A stretch of 64,000 nt of DNA, taken from contig OZ024744.1 of assembly GCA_964016885.1 (NCBI GenBank), positions 63,860,001-63,924,000 of the forward strand, given 5' to 3'. This stretch comes from Eledone cirrhosa. Taxonomy: Eukaryota. Positions 48,300 through 60,849 of this stretch are shown piece by piece; within the stretch, counting starts at the first letter, position 1; each line of letters starts with the position of its first letter. The notes beneath the pieces were generated by a model. That model ran no database searches. It was not told the origin of the DNA and saw only the letters and a program-made list of their open reading frames with translations. A program made the position numbers and the translations under genes.

Positions 48300-51200
48300 G
48301 TGAACTTCAAAACTTCAGAGCTTCCACCATCAATATAGCTCTGATGAAAGGAAGATCAGGAGAGATTGTAGAGATGGTGTAGTGAAAGAAAGTTGATATG
48401 TGTTGTGTATAAGAGACTAGATGGAGAGGAACATCAATTAGACTCTCTGGCTAATAGCGATGCTACAAATTTTTGTGGGTGTAATGACAACAAACTGGGT
48501 GGAGTAGGTATTATATTAGCAGAAAATTGGGTAGATAAGCTGTAAATAGAGTGAACAACAATATCATTAAACTTAGATTTCTCCTAAATAGAACAACCGT
48601 AACAATTATATCTATATATACACCTCAATCTGGACTGTTAGATGAACTAAACATAATCTAGTAGTTAGCAACTTTATATTTAGGACTAGGCGAACTTGGT
48701 GATAGGGAACAACCTGGAGGAAAAGAGTATGGAAGTTGAACGAGCCTTCAGCCAGTAACAAATTTAGAGGTATGCTGCTTGACACTTTTGACAGTAAAGA
48801 AAAGCAAATAAAGACATACAATATAGAGAAGCAGTATGAGTTCTTGAAAGATAACCTACTGAAAATGAACTCTCTAGGGAGAAGGAGAGTGACTTGTTAG
48901 TGGAATAATAGGGTGGATAAAACAATTAAGGCCAGGAGTCAGACATGGAAAGAATGGCAGAATGGTGGGAAGTAGAGAACTCTACCAGGATGCTAGGAGA
49001 GAAGTTAGGCGACAAGTATACTTTGCAAGAAGGGAAGCAGAAAATAAAAAGCATGTTTTGCAATGTGTGGACCAAAGGATTGTGAGGCTGTGTGTCAGAG
49101 AAAATTGTGATGTTGGGAAGAAGTGTGTCTGAGATGATAATGACGTACTTGTCCTCACTAACGCTGAAAAGAAGGTAGCATGGGAGTGCCATTATGGAAG
49201 ACTACTGAATGAGGAGAATGCATGGGAGGATAATAGTCTACCCCATGTGGACCCAACAGAGGGTCCAACCATACAAGTCAGCAACAGCATAGTAAGTAAG
49301 ACAATTGAGAATACGAAGACAAACAAAGCAGCTGGACCATCGTGGAGAGTTGCTGAGATGGTGGGTCACACTTTAACCATGCATATTGTAAATGAAGTAA
49401 TGCAGAAACGTGTTATACCCAATGACTGGTGTAGCATCATCATCAACTTTACAAGGGCAAAGGAGATACACTAGACAGAAGAAGCTGTAGAAGCATCAAG
49501 TTGATGGACCAGGTTATGAAGGTCACAGAAAGAGTTATAGCACAGCTAATTAGAGACCAAATTAATCTAGATGAGATGCAGTTTAGATTTGTGCCAGGTG
49601 AAAGTATCACGGATGCCCTCTTCCTTCTGAGACAACTGCAGAAGAAGTACTTAGCTAAAAGTAAGCCCCTCTATTTGGCATTTGTTGATCTGGAGAAAGT
49701 ATTTGACATAGCCCTCCACTCCATAATCTGGTGAGCTCTTAGAAAGCTGGGAATAGATGAGTGGTTTGTGAAGGTGGTACAAGTCATGTACAGAGGAGCA
49801 GTCAGGAAGGTTAGAATTAATAATGATTATAGCGAGGAATTTAGCATGCTAGTAGTAGTCAATCATGGGTCTGTTCTTAGACCTTTCCTGTTTACTATCA
49901 TCCTGAAGACTATAATGGAAGAGTTTAAGACTGGTTGCCCATGGGAACTCCTATATTCCATTGATCTAACCCTCATAGCCGGAATCTATAGCAGAATTGG
50001 AGAAGAAATTTGAAACTTGGAAGCATATCTTAGAAGCAAAAAGTCTTAAAGTCAACTTAGCAAAACTAAAAGTTCTAGAAAGTAAAAAGGAAAACAAGGC
50101 CCATATCCCTTAAGGGAAATGGCCTTGCTCAGTGTGCATGAAAGGAGTGTTTAGAAATTCCATCCCGTCTCAAATTAAAACTATGGATACACAAGAGATG
50201 TAGTGGGATCTCGAGCAGATTAGCAAAAAATGTATGTTTTTTTATAATATAGTTGATGCACAGGAGCAGTAAGCAGCAAGTAGTCACAGAGAAAAGCCCC
50301 TTTAAATTCTCAGAGGACTCTGTAGAAGTAGTTACCTGTTACTTGGTTGACTAATGGAGGTGGGTGTCTGAAAGTACATTAGCCAGAGATGGAAAAAGTT
50401 CAGGGAGTTACTGCCTCTGCTAGCTACAAAAATTTTTTTTTCCGTAAAATGAAAGGCAGACTGAATGATGCTTGTGTACAGGTAGCAAATCTGCATGGAA
50501 GTGACACCTGGACATTGTGTGCCGACAGCCTATGAAGATTAGAAAGATGTGAAGTTTGAATTCAAATGTGTAATAATAGTGCACATGAATGGCAAAGCAT
50601 CAATGAACTGAAAGAGAAACTAGGCCTAAGAAGAGTCAGATGCAGTGTACAGGGGAGGAGATTGAGGTGGTTTGGACATGTGATGTGTATGGAGGATGAC
50701 AGCTGTATAAAACCGTGCATGGTGTTCTAATTGAAAACTGGGGAAGAGAAAGTCCTAGGAAAGTTTGAGATGAAGTGATAAAAGCTGACCTTACCCAATT
50801 AAATCTCACAAAGGAGATGACACAGGATCAAGATCTCTGACATTATACTGCAGAAAAGCCACAAAGTGAAATGAAACAAACACATAGAGGACACACTAGT
50901 CTGCACCAATCTTCTCTTCAATCATCCCTATTCACTCTCCCCAGTTTTAATGCCCAACTTTCACCAGCTAAATATCCCACACCCCATTATCCATGTCAAA
51001 CTTGCTTACTTGTCCTTCCCCTCCAAACCTTCACCCTGACACACCTTGCCTGCCCAACAAACACATGCAAACATAAAAGCTGGACACACTCTACATCTGA
51101 TTTCTCACAATGTTGTTGCCATGCCAAATAGCACTAAGTCCACCTTGAATGCTACTCCAATGCCACAACAAAAGCACCTAGACCATCCTGTACGATGGTC

Positions 51201-51493
51201 ATATTGGTGACTCAAGAAAAAGTGCCCAGTCCACCCTGTAAGGTGGTCATGCTGATGACATGACAAAAAGCACCCAGTTTACCCTGTAAGATGATCATGT
51301 TGGTGCCATGATAAAAAGCACCCAGTCCACACTGTAATGTGGTTGGTGTTAGGAGGGGGGTATCCAGCTGAAGAAACTAAGCCCAAATGCAGATCGAATG
51401 AGTATGATGTGCTCTCTGGACCTGACCCGTCTAACCCATGTAAACATGGAAAAATAGACATTCAATGATGATGATGAGGATGATGATGATGAT
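48300..51493 (+). mobile_element. Degenerate near-full-length copy of the PHD-bearing RTE LINE, with a deletion in the APE region
   Basis: Collinear with 26770-30193 (DQVMKVTERVIAQLIR, LYLAFVDLEK, GCPWELLY, KWPCSVC). It has many stops, 3' UTR repeats and a (GAT)n tail. Confidence 0.92.
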
Positions 51494-51525
51494 AAACATC
51501 AATTAGCACTATCATTATATCATTT

Positions 51526-51916
51526 GAATTGGCAGTATCGGTAGAGGGTCGGACGCCATGCTTTGATGCATAGAGTTATGGCCCTTGCCATTCTGAGTTC
51601 ACATCCCGCCGAGGTTAACTTTGCCTTTCATCCTTACGGGGTCGATAAAATAAAGTACCAGTAATACACTGGGAAATTGCTGGCCTTGTGCCAAAAGTAG
51701 AAACAATTATCATTATTATCATCACAACGGTGGATTAGCAGTATTGGTAGAGGGTCGGACGCCATGCTTTGCAGCATAGAGTTACGCCCCTTTACGGTCT
51801 TAGTTCAAACCCTGGCGAGGTTAACTTTGCCATTCATCCTTACGGGGTCGATAAAATAAAGTACCAGTAATGTGCTGGGTAATTGCTGGCCTTGTGCCTA
51901 AAGTAGAAACAATTAT
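51526..51916 (+). mobile_element. Two tandem short-variant SINE copies (51526-51710 and 51732-51916)
   Basis: Two complete head-body-tail units separated by ~20 bp. Confidence 0.9.
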
Positions 51917-51984
51917 CATTATTATCATGATCATCACTTTCACCACCAGCATCAACACTCCCTGCCTTAATTGCTTTGCTGCTC

Positions 51985-52915
51985 TCATAGTTTTGTTGGT
52001 ACCTTAGTTGCTACCTTAGTTGCTCTCATAGTTTTATTGCTACCTTAGTTGCTCTCATAGTTTTATTGCTACCTTAGTTGCTCTCATAGTTTTGTTGGTA
52101 CCTTAGTTGCTACCTTAGTTGCTCTCATAGTTTTGTTGGTACCTTAGTTGCTCTCATAGTTTTATTGCTACCTTAGTTGTTCTCATAGTTTTGTTGGTAC
52201 CCTAGTTGCTACCTTAGTTGCTCTCATAGTTTTATTGCTACCTTAGTTGCTATCATAGTTTTGTTGGTACCTAAGTTCCTATTGTTGTTTAGTTGCTACC
52301 TTAGTTGTTATCATAGTTTTGTTGTTACCTTAGTTGCTATCATAGTTGCTACCTTAGTTGCTATCATAGTTGTTATCATAGTTTTATTGCTACCTTAGTT
52401 GCTATCATAGTTTTGTTGCTACCTTAGTTGCTACCTTAGTTGCTATCATAGTTTTGTTTCTATCTTAGTTGCTATCATAGTTTTGTTGCTATCTTAGTTG
52501 CTACCTTAATGCTTTGCTGCTATTGTTGTTTAGTTGCTACCTTAGTTCCTACCATAATTTTGTTGCTACCTTAGTTGCTATCATAGTTTCGTTGCTACCT
52601 TAGTTGCTACCATAGTTTTGTTGCTACCTTAGTTGCTATCATAGTTTTGTTGCTACCTTAGTTGCTACCATAGTTTTGTTGTTACCTTAGTTGCTATCAT
52701 AGTTTTGTTGCTACCTTAGTTGCTATCATAGTTTTGTTGCTACCTTAGTTGCTACCATAGTTTTGTTGTTACCTTAGTTGCTATCATAGTTTTGTTGCTA
52801 TCTTAGTTGCTACCTTAGTTGCTATCATAGTTTTGTTGTTTCGTTAGTTGCTACCTTAATGCTTTGTTGCTATTGTTGTTTAGTTGCTACCTTAGTTGCT
52901 ATCATAGTTTTGTAT
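51985..52915. repeat. Minisatellite built from 12-bp (ACCTTAGTTGCT) and 17-bp (ATCATAGTTTTGTTGCT) modules
   Basis: The modules alternate to give mostly 29- and 41-bp units. Confidence 0.95.
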
Positions 52916-52995
52916 TTGTATCTTTATTTTGTTTAAATAGATTTGTATTTATGCAATCATTGTTAACAATCGAAACTCTCTCCTTGCTTTTGCAG

Positions 52996-53074
52996 TGGTA
53001 AACACCGACCTCTGTGGCCAAAATATGGAGATTATGCATATTTGCCACCTCAGCGATGGTTACATTCTCTTGAA
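52996..53074 (+). CDS. Exon C of the DUF3105/TP53I13-like gene ([26 protein letters not shown])
   Basis: TTTTGCAG acceptor and GTGAGT donor. It carries the motif SGxHRPLW..YG.Y.[12 protein letters not shown] typical of metazoan DUF3105 proteins. Confidence 0.93.
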
Positions 53075-53734
53075 GTGAGTAGATTTTAATATTTTACTAA
53101 TTCAGAGTTTAGATGTTTGTAGCTTTGAATATGCATGATATATTTAGAGGTACACATTGTATCCTGCTGCTAAGTATTTTTGAAGCTTTTCATTTGAGAA
53201 TATGTTCAGTATCAGTTATATGAAAAAAATATAGCAAAAGGCATCAATATTTCCTCAACAAGTTTGCATGAATTACCAGTTATTAATTCTTAACATCCTA
53301 TAACGATTGAGCAGAATATAATATATCTAAAAATGAACCTGTAAATTCAATTGATTACAGTGTCTTTACTAATAGACAGATTTTTATGAAAATTCATTGT
53401 AAAATAAAGTAAAAAATTTAATTTTTAGTGTGATATGGTCAGAGTGTTCTTTTATACTTTTCAAGAATGTCTGCTTAATGTTGTTTCGTATGGTACAGGA
53501 TGTTAAGAGCTAATGTGTGCATGCTTGTACGCGTCTAGGACCAGTTAGTTTGGTGTATGTGTGTATAAAGAAAGGTCTCGGATTGGCACCTGAGAGTCGT
53601 GTGAAATGCTTGAGTTCAAATTCTACTGTAGTCTTCTTGAGTGGTAGTTTTAACACCACCAACACCACCTTCTGGCCCTAGCAGAGTCCACTTTGTTGCA
53701 AAAATTCAGACCAGTTCTTTGATTTGAGGATAAC

Positions 53735-54140
53735 TTCTTCCCTTCTTTTTCCAGCCTTAGAAACCCTGGAAAATATCAGGGTTGTTGTCTTTTCTCCCTT
53801 CTTTTTCCACCCTCAGAAGCCCTGGAAAATATCATGAGTGCTGTTCTTCCTCCCTTCTTTTTCCACCCTCAGAAGCCCTAAAAAGTATCATGCGTGCTGT
53901 CCTTTCTCCTTCCTTTTTCCAGCCTTGGAAGCCCTGGAAAGTATCATGGGTGTTGTCCTTCCCCACTTCTTTTTCTAGCCTGAGAAACCCTGGAAAGTAT
54001 CATGGATGTTGTCTTTCCTCCCTTCTTTTTCCACCTTGAAAAGCCCTGGAACTTGGAAAGTATCATGGGTCTGTTCTTTCCCCATTCTTTTTCCAGCCTT
54101 GGAAGCCCTAGAAAGTACCATGGGTGTTGTCTTTTCTCTG
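53735..54140. repeat. Minisatellite, ~59-bp unit, about 6-7 copies
   Basis: Repeated CTTTTTCCAGCCTT.GAAGCCCTGGAAAGTATCATGGGTGTTGTCTT. Confidence 0.9.
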
Positions 54141-54469
54141 AGCTAAACAATTAAAAGAAAGAAAAAAAATGTAGTAAAAATTTGACACTTATACTGACTA
54201 TTGACTCTGTGCCATGTTAGTGGCAGCATATGAATTGTTAGTAGACTGAAGCTCTGTCAACTTGATCACCAGAGAAAATCTCAAATTAAATTATAGAAAT
54301 CTATGAAAATCTAAATTATATTTAATGTAGATATATGTACAGTTTATAAAACTCACTGAGAAAATTTTGAATAAATGTGAAAAATGCTTTACACAGAAAA
54401 ACACGTGTGAGAATAACAGAATGTTTTTCAACTTTGTTTACATTTTCACAGCGCGGCTTATAAACTATA

Positions 54470-54790
54470 ATGATTTTATTAATATTTAAAAACAGAAGGG
54501 AAAAGCAAGGGCTCTAGGGTCACAGAAGAATGGGAGGGGGAGGGAGATGGGCTTTGGGCCTAGGGCACGGCAGTGTTGGGCCTTCACCCCATGGACAAGA
54601 CCGCAAAAGCATTTCCACGGACAATGGCCAGCAACACCCGCTTCAACAGCCACCCAACCTCGCAGGGCTCCTTCCTCAGACGAGCTGCTGATGTTCCAAT
54701 CTTGCAGAGGAGCTCGGCAGTATGGGGTCCAAGTATGCTTGAGGTGTTGATGGCAACCAGTGCGAAGAAGAAGCAGCCGGACAATCCATA
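54470..54790 (-). mobile_element. 3' end of a CRE-like (RLE-type) non-LTR retrotransposon
   Basis: FALVAINTSSILGP..AELLCKIG....EPCEVGWLLKRVLLAIVRGNAFAVL* resembles the CRE-clade C-terminus (ET.G..G ... QR.S.A..RGNA). A short UTR with AATAAA follows. Confidence 0.7.
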
Positions 54791-55014
54791 GTATTTGTTT
54801 GTCTTCCTATAATTATACCTACTTCAAGTATATCATATGTTTTCTTATATACACATTGTTGAGTATAGATATTTACGATTTAATAGAAATATAAGTTTAC
54901 AATAAACTTTGAACAGATATAGTAGAACAGAAACCTTTCAATTTGTTAAAGCAACCAAAGTGCTGGTTGGAAAAGTTAACAACAGTTAACTGTCTATTTT
55001 TTTCTTTCTTTCAG

Positions 55015-55143
55015 CATGGTGCAGCTGTTTTCTTATACCACCCATGTGCCAATCCAGATGAGATCTCAGAATTTAAAAAGATAGCCTTCAGTTGTTTAAA
55101 GAAGATTATTATAACAGCAACAAAAAATGTTCGATTGAATATG
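55015..55143 (+). CDS. Exon D of the DUF3105/TP53I13-like gene (HGAAVFLYHPCANPDEISEFKKIAFSCLKKIIITATKNVRLNM)
   Basis: Strong polypyrimidine tract with CAG, GTAAGT donor, 129 nt phase 0/0. It completes the motif HSLE|HGAAVFLYHPC. Confidence 0.93.
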
Positions 55144-55359
55144 GTAAGTGTTAGCAATTATACCAATTACTCTCAGATGAAACATTAATCATAACTTCAT
55201 ATTTTATCTATCTATTTATCGAAAAATGATAACAAAAAGGGTTTGAAAAGTGTACCTGGTATATTTAAAGGATCTTTATAACATGTACAAAAATTGGTGT
55301 TAAAAATTGATGTTAGCAAAAGCCTGGCTGCTAATTTTCGACCACAATGAGTTTTTCAT

Positions 55360-56260
55360 GGCAAAATTGACACCAGGCACTCTGGCTTTGTCTGTGCCTT
55401 ACCCCTGTCAGCAGAATGTATAATGTCTCTCACAAAGTGTCCCTGAATCTGTGAGCCATGTCTTGTAATGCTGCAATGTCCACTTAAATTTGTAGGAGTT
55501 CACTGTTGATCACTGCTGCTTTGCAGGTGTCACTGATTTTTTTTGAAGATCATCTGCTAGATCAACAATCATAATCCATGTTCCTACATCCAAGTCTGGG
55601 TGCTGGTTTCTTTCTTTTTTCTTTGTTGTTTTGCTTGGTGCAGTGTTTACTAATATCCTTAAGCCCCATGTGCACAGTGGACTGTCACAGGACAGCACAT
55701 AATTGGCTGGGAGCTTTCCAGGTTGAGGCGGGGTGTAGATGTCTAGTAAGGCAGGATGGCCTTTCTCTCTGTTGAAAGCAAAGCCTGGCATCTTAATCCA
55801 AGCCAAGGGAGTGCAGTGGACTGTTTTTCATGTTTTTACACTGCAATGAGTCAATACTGGAGTGTCCTCTCAAGGGTGCAAGCCTGGGAAGGATTTTACA
55901 AGAGATTGGCAGTTGCCCATGCAGTATGTCTCCCCTCTCTACACCACTGATGTTATACAAGGGAAGGGCAGGGGTCAATACAACCTAATACCAATTGTCA
56001 TTGCAGGAGTTGGCAGAACAAGGTTGAATATAAAATGAAACTGCCTTAGGAACTCCAGATTTATTCTTAGGGTTTGCTCACAAAGCCTTTCCCGCATAGT
56101 GAAGGTTTTAAATCAGTTTGTCTTCTAGATAGAGTGCCCTTTGACGTCAATAGAGACAGATCTGCTAGACTTGCATTTTAAGCCACATGACAAGGCCGAG
56201 AATTGGACTTGGTTGCCAGAGGTTATTTGAGATGTGGCTCATCTCCACCCCTGCTCTTCA
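55360..56260 (-). mobile_element. Probable degenerate 5' region of an RTE/BovB-like LINE
   Basis: The minus strand contains CCTCTGGCAACC...GGCCTTGTCATG...CTCTATCTAGAAGA...TAAATCTGGAGT, which recalls RTE 5' UTRs. It has no intact ORF. Confidence 0.45.
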
Positions 56261-56849
56261 GCTTAGCAACCTTGGAACCTTCAAAATATATAAATTTCCT
56301 CTATGTTTACATATCAAAGGTTCATTCTGTTGAAATATAAAATCACTCTCAGGTAATTATGTGTGTGTGTATGTGTGTGTGTGTGCAGGCATGACCATGT
56401 GGTTACAGAGTTTGGAAACTGCAGAAGCCTGTCATTATTTACCTGTTATTTACGCATTTGTAATGTTATCTACACAACTATATACAATAAAAATTGGTAT
56501 ATAGTTATATAAGTATGTTTAGTCAATTCACTAATGTCTGCTTTAAATGTTTTCCTCACACTTGATAGCAATTTTAACTTTGTACTTTAACATTGTTTAA
56601 ATCTTTATATCATATCGAACAGTATTTGCTATGGTGACATCTTGTGGTGACATACGCATATAATAATTCTCTTCAGTATATTCCTTGTGTGTTTGTGTAC
56701 AAGAAAATATGCTGCTGGCTACCTTCTATTACACTCTCATATATTTCATTGTTCATGGTGTTTTGTTTCTCATTGTTCATTTAATTTATTGCTGTAACCA
56801 AATGAAAGAAGAATAATGTTTGGTGTTGATATGCAGAATTGATTATATA

Positions 56850-57400
56850 CGCTAGAGCATGGTCGCATTTGTATTGTCTGAGGGCCACACACAACTACTA
56901 CTTGCGCACATTACAACTAATTCAAGTCATGTGCATACAAATGTTTTAGCACCATTCATGAATACAAAGTAATGAAGTAGTCTGACAATAAACTAAAATT
57001 TTAAATGGCAACATATACTTGCAGTTAGCAACAGCAACAAATACATTGTACAAAAATTACAACAGTTCAAAACTGAACATTTATTTGCTACTATTCAATC
57101 ATTTTTAGTGTTTTGTCCCGAGGCTTGACACCTCTTTTTGCTGACAATTTTTGGTATGTCTGGCTGAAATGTCTGTACAGTTCTGACTTTGATCAGAGAT
57201 GACAAGTGTTGATCAGTCGGCCTTGTTCTCTGAGAAGTTTTTGTTGATTTCATGAAGGAAAATAACTCTTCACACATAGGTAGAACCAAACATTGCCATA
57301 ATATTTGTAGCAAACTTTCTGAAGTTTATAAACTTTTGAGGAAGGTATGAAAAGAAACCAGGTATCCCCACTTCAAGATACTTTGCTCTAATTCATCATT
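56850..57400 (-). mobile_element. hAT (Charlie/SPIN/Buster-like) transposon 3' fragment
   Basis: C-terminal dimerisation motif (MFGSTY)CEELFSFMKSTKTSQRTRPTDQHLSSLIKV...PDI..IVSKKRCQAS. Confidence 0.8.
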
Positions 57401-57577
57401 AATTAAACAACTCTTATCAATGCTGTCACAGGGTGGATGGAACTTTTTTTTACAGAGGTGTTTTATGGTCAAGTGTCCTTCCTGATATCAAACCTTTTCG
57501 ATATCTCCAACAGCATTCAGAGATATAGTGTATCTAATCTATTCTAATAACTGGGATAAACACCTCTCTTCTTTTAG

Positions 57578-57900
57578 GCCCCCATCAGTCATGAATGACC
57601 ATGGGATTAGCACCTAGAAAGTTTCCCTCTGAGGCACAAGTCCGGGCAAGGTTGTTTGTGGAAGACCAGCAGTCACCCATGCATACCAGTCTCCCCTCTC
57701 CACGCCACCAATGATGTCCAAGGGAAAGGCAATGGCTGAAACAGCTTGACACCAGTAACATCACAACTACAGCTGAGTAAACTGGGGCAACATGAAATAA
57801 AGTGTCTGCTCAAGGACACAATGCAAAGCCCGGTTCGAGAATCAAACTCGCAACCTCACAATTGTGCGCCCGACGCTTTAAGCACTAAGCTATGCACCTT
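57578..57900 (-). mobile_element. tRNA-derived CORE-like SINE
   Basis: Minus strand reads GCATAGCTTAGTGCTTAAAGCG...GAGTTTGATTCTCG...TGTGTCCTTGAGCAGACACTT. Confidence 0.75.
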
Positions 57901-57991
57901 CAGGGATAGATATATGTAGTTAATTAAATCATCATTCTTTTCCTTTGTTTAACAATTAGTCTCTAATCTATTCTCACATGTTGATTTACAG

Positions 57992-58069
57992 CCATTTGTT
58001 GTTGTGACATACATGAAGAAGTTGATGATGAATATGGTTGAGGAAAATCTGATTAAGAAGTTTCTTCGG
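57992..58069 (+). CDS. Exon E of the DUF3105/TP53I13-like gene (PFVVVTYMKKLMMNMVEENLIKKFLR)
   Basis: TTTACAG acceptor, GTAAAT donor, 78 nt phase 0/0. It corresponds positionally to the P.ALVAW...FI segment of the family. Confidence 0.8.
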
Positions 58070-58152
58070 GTAAATATAAATACATACATTTACATATCAT
58101 GTGTGTGTATATGTATGCGTGTGTGTGTATGTATGTATGTATGTATGTATGT

Positions 58153-58673
58153 CAGGTTGCTCTTAAGTGCTACTGGTAAACCAGTATAACTTGTCTCATG
58201 GTCAGGTCATCGGTGACTAAACTGGCAACCCCACCAAGCTTCCTTGGTGAGGAGGGTGATATTTGGACACCCTGTGGGATGAAATACAAGACTCGGTAAA
58301 GGGCGGAGGAAGTTGGCAGAGTTAACGGCCATCCAAATAGTACTTTTGTTTTTCAGCTGCGAGTGAAAGGCCCCCAGTTGTTGTCAAAACACCTTTCTAG
58401 GAGAGGGAATCTCTGGAAAAAAACCTGTGGCTTCGGAAGCATCTGATGATATTGACCAGTTCTCATTTTTGAGTAGTGTTTTCGATGCTCAGAGAGTGGG
58501 ATTGGTCAAGTGCAAGGCCTTTCATCACTTAAATAACCTTCAAAGCACAGGCATTGCTTGTTCAGGATATGTTACAGGTTCGTGTGGCTGGCTGTAGCCC
58601 AAAAGTGCCCCATTTTCTGTAATCTGACAAGCGATTGCAATACTCTCATTGCAACCTTCATGTATGTATGTAT
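58153..58673 (+). mobile_element. Non-coding bipartite retroelement: RTE-like 5' part fused to the LINE 3' UTR and (ATGT)n tail
   Basis: It ends TGACAAGCGATTGCAATACTC...ATGTATGTATGTAT, matching the 3' UTR of the zinc-finger LINE at 16703-16750 (minus strand). Confidence 0.6.
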
Positions 58674-59230
58674 TGACTTAGGTCTCAAGAAAACCGTTAT
58701 CATGTACCAACCTGCTCCTGGTAAGCAGTACTGTAAACCAAATATCTATGTGTATGGTAAACAACTTAGAGTGGTTGATCAGTTTGTCTACCTGGGAAGC
58801 ACTGTTGATTATGAAATTCCACTCAGGATTAGGAAAGCAAGTGATGTTTTTGGAAAGCTAGAAAGGCGACTCTGGGGTCAGCGAGACATATGCAAGAAGA
58901 CAAAGGTAAGGGTGTACAAAGCATGTGTGCTCTCTTCTCTTCTTTATGCCTGCGAGACCTGGATCATATATCGACACCACCTTAAACAATTGGAGCGTTT
59001 CATCAGATGTCTCAGGCGCATCCATGGCGTTCACTGGAGGGACCACATCAGTGATGTCGAGATTTTGGAAAGCTCTATGTGTGACAGTATAGAAGCTCCT
59101 GTGCTTAAACAAAGACTCTGTTAGAGTGGTCACCTTGCCAGGATGAAGGATTCTAGAATACCAAAACAACTCTTTTATGGAGAGTTAGTTAAAGGAAAAC
59201 GACCTCCTCATAAACCAAAAAAGAGGTATT
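58674..59230 (+). mobile_element. RTE/BovB-like RT C-terminal fragment
   Basis: KKTVIMYQPAPG...FVYLGS...KASDVFGKL..RLW....TKVRVYKACVLSSLLYACETW...GHLARM..SRIPKQLFYGEL. Confidence 0.88.
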
Positions 59231-59699
59231 TGATCCCTCTTACAATTTGGGGATATGGTCGAAATATGGCCTTGAAACCGTAGGTACTACTTTTGTTTCG
59301 AGTATGAACATAAATGAATAATATATATATATATATAATTGAATTGAATTGAATTAGTAACTTTCACCATATTTTTTACTACAGAAAATAGTAATAATAA
59401 CAGGGTGTAATAAAAAGTAATAATAACAGGGTGTTTACTACAGAAAATAGTGATAATGACAGGGTGTATAAGATTCCAGAGTAGAAAAAAAATGGACATC
59501 AGTATGTATGGGAATCCATACATAATGCCCATTTTTGTTCCATTCTGGGGGCTTATACATATGGGCACACATGAAAAAGATAACAGATAAACACAGACAT
59601 ATCTCTTCTCATCAGCCAACTCCTGGAGATCACTATGGTTTCAATACTTTAAAGTTGGTACCTTCCTTCCAGCATACACGGGATTACAATAGGACAAAA

Positions 59700-59848
59700 T
59701 ACAGTAATATAGTAATATGGTGAGAGCAGACCTCAGATCGCTGAAACTCACGGAGGAGATGACGAAGGACCATCACAAGTGGAGAGATGCTGTGCTGAAT
59801 AGGACCCGTCCAACCCTTGTAAGCAGGACATAAAATGATGATGATGAT
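59700..59848 (+). mobile_element. RTE 3' tail remnant with (GAT)n
   Basis: GACCCGTCCAACCCTTGTAAGC...TAAAATGATGATG. Confidence 0.7.
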
Positions 59849-60849
59849 ATATATATATATTTATAAATATATCAATTTAAAAGAATGTTCCATGTCGCTA
59901 ACATCTTATAAAAGGAATTCTAAAAAAGGTTGGCAAAGACAATGGAAAAATGGATGAAAAACAGGACAGTTCCTTCTCATCAGTCAACCTCTGGAAGTCC
60001 TTGTGAGTTCTATATATAAAGTGGACACGGAATGAAATGAGAAAAAATATATAATTGTATATGTGAGAGATTCAATGCGCCAGACTTACCATTGTGCTTA
60101 GGTGTGCTTAAGCACAGGGCTCTGTTCGATGGAGGGGCCCATCTTCCTGCCAAAAATTTTTTTACGATGAATTTTTCAAATATTTGGGGCTTCATAACTT
60201 AAGTAACACAGGACCTAATTTGTCCTAAATCCTGCACTGGTTGCCATGAGGACTTGGTGCTGTGCAGTCGAATCTTGAGGTACAGGCTGTGTAGCAGGAA
60301 AAAGTCCTCGACAAAATTTCATTTCCATATCCATTTTATCTACATTTGACAAAAAGCTTATCAAAATTGAATGAATAAAATGAAAACATCTGTTGGGTAA
60401 AATGGAATTGTTTATTTGTCAAACATCAGATTTGAAACTGCATTCAAATCTTTGAATGATCTATATATAAATTTGAGCGACTTCTGACCGTCTGTCCATT
60501 TGTCACACAATGTGTGTGTATGTTTTATGTGAATGTATATGTGTGGGTAAAAGGAAAGAAGGGGATGGTGAAAAAACCATAGCAAAACAGCAGCTGGTGT
60601 TCCATTTGCTATGCTGTGTGTGAGTGCATGAGTGTGTTTGTGTGAATATATGTGTGTGTGTGTGTGTGTGTTTTTGTGTGAATGTATGTGTGTGTTTGTG
60701 GGAATGTATGTGTGTGTTTGTGTGAATGTATGTATATTTGTGTGAATGTATGTCTGTGAGTGTGTATTTTTGTAAGTGTGTCTGTGTTTGTGTGTTTATA
60801 TTTATATACTCATACATATGAGTATGTATGAGTATATAAATGCAGCTAC

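Noticed and set aside
48341-48360. CTGATGA hammerhead-like heptamer
   Set aside because: It falls in decayed LINE endonuclease coding sequence and has no stem II or correctly placed GAAA.
58155-58270. HDV-like ribozyme at an RTE-like 5' end (GGTTGC...GCAACC pairing)
   Set aside because: I could not build P1.1, P2 or P3 with the right topology by eye; a descriptor search is needed.
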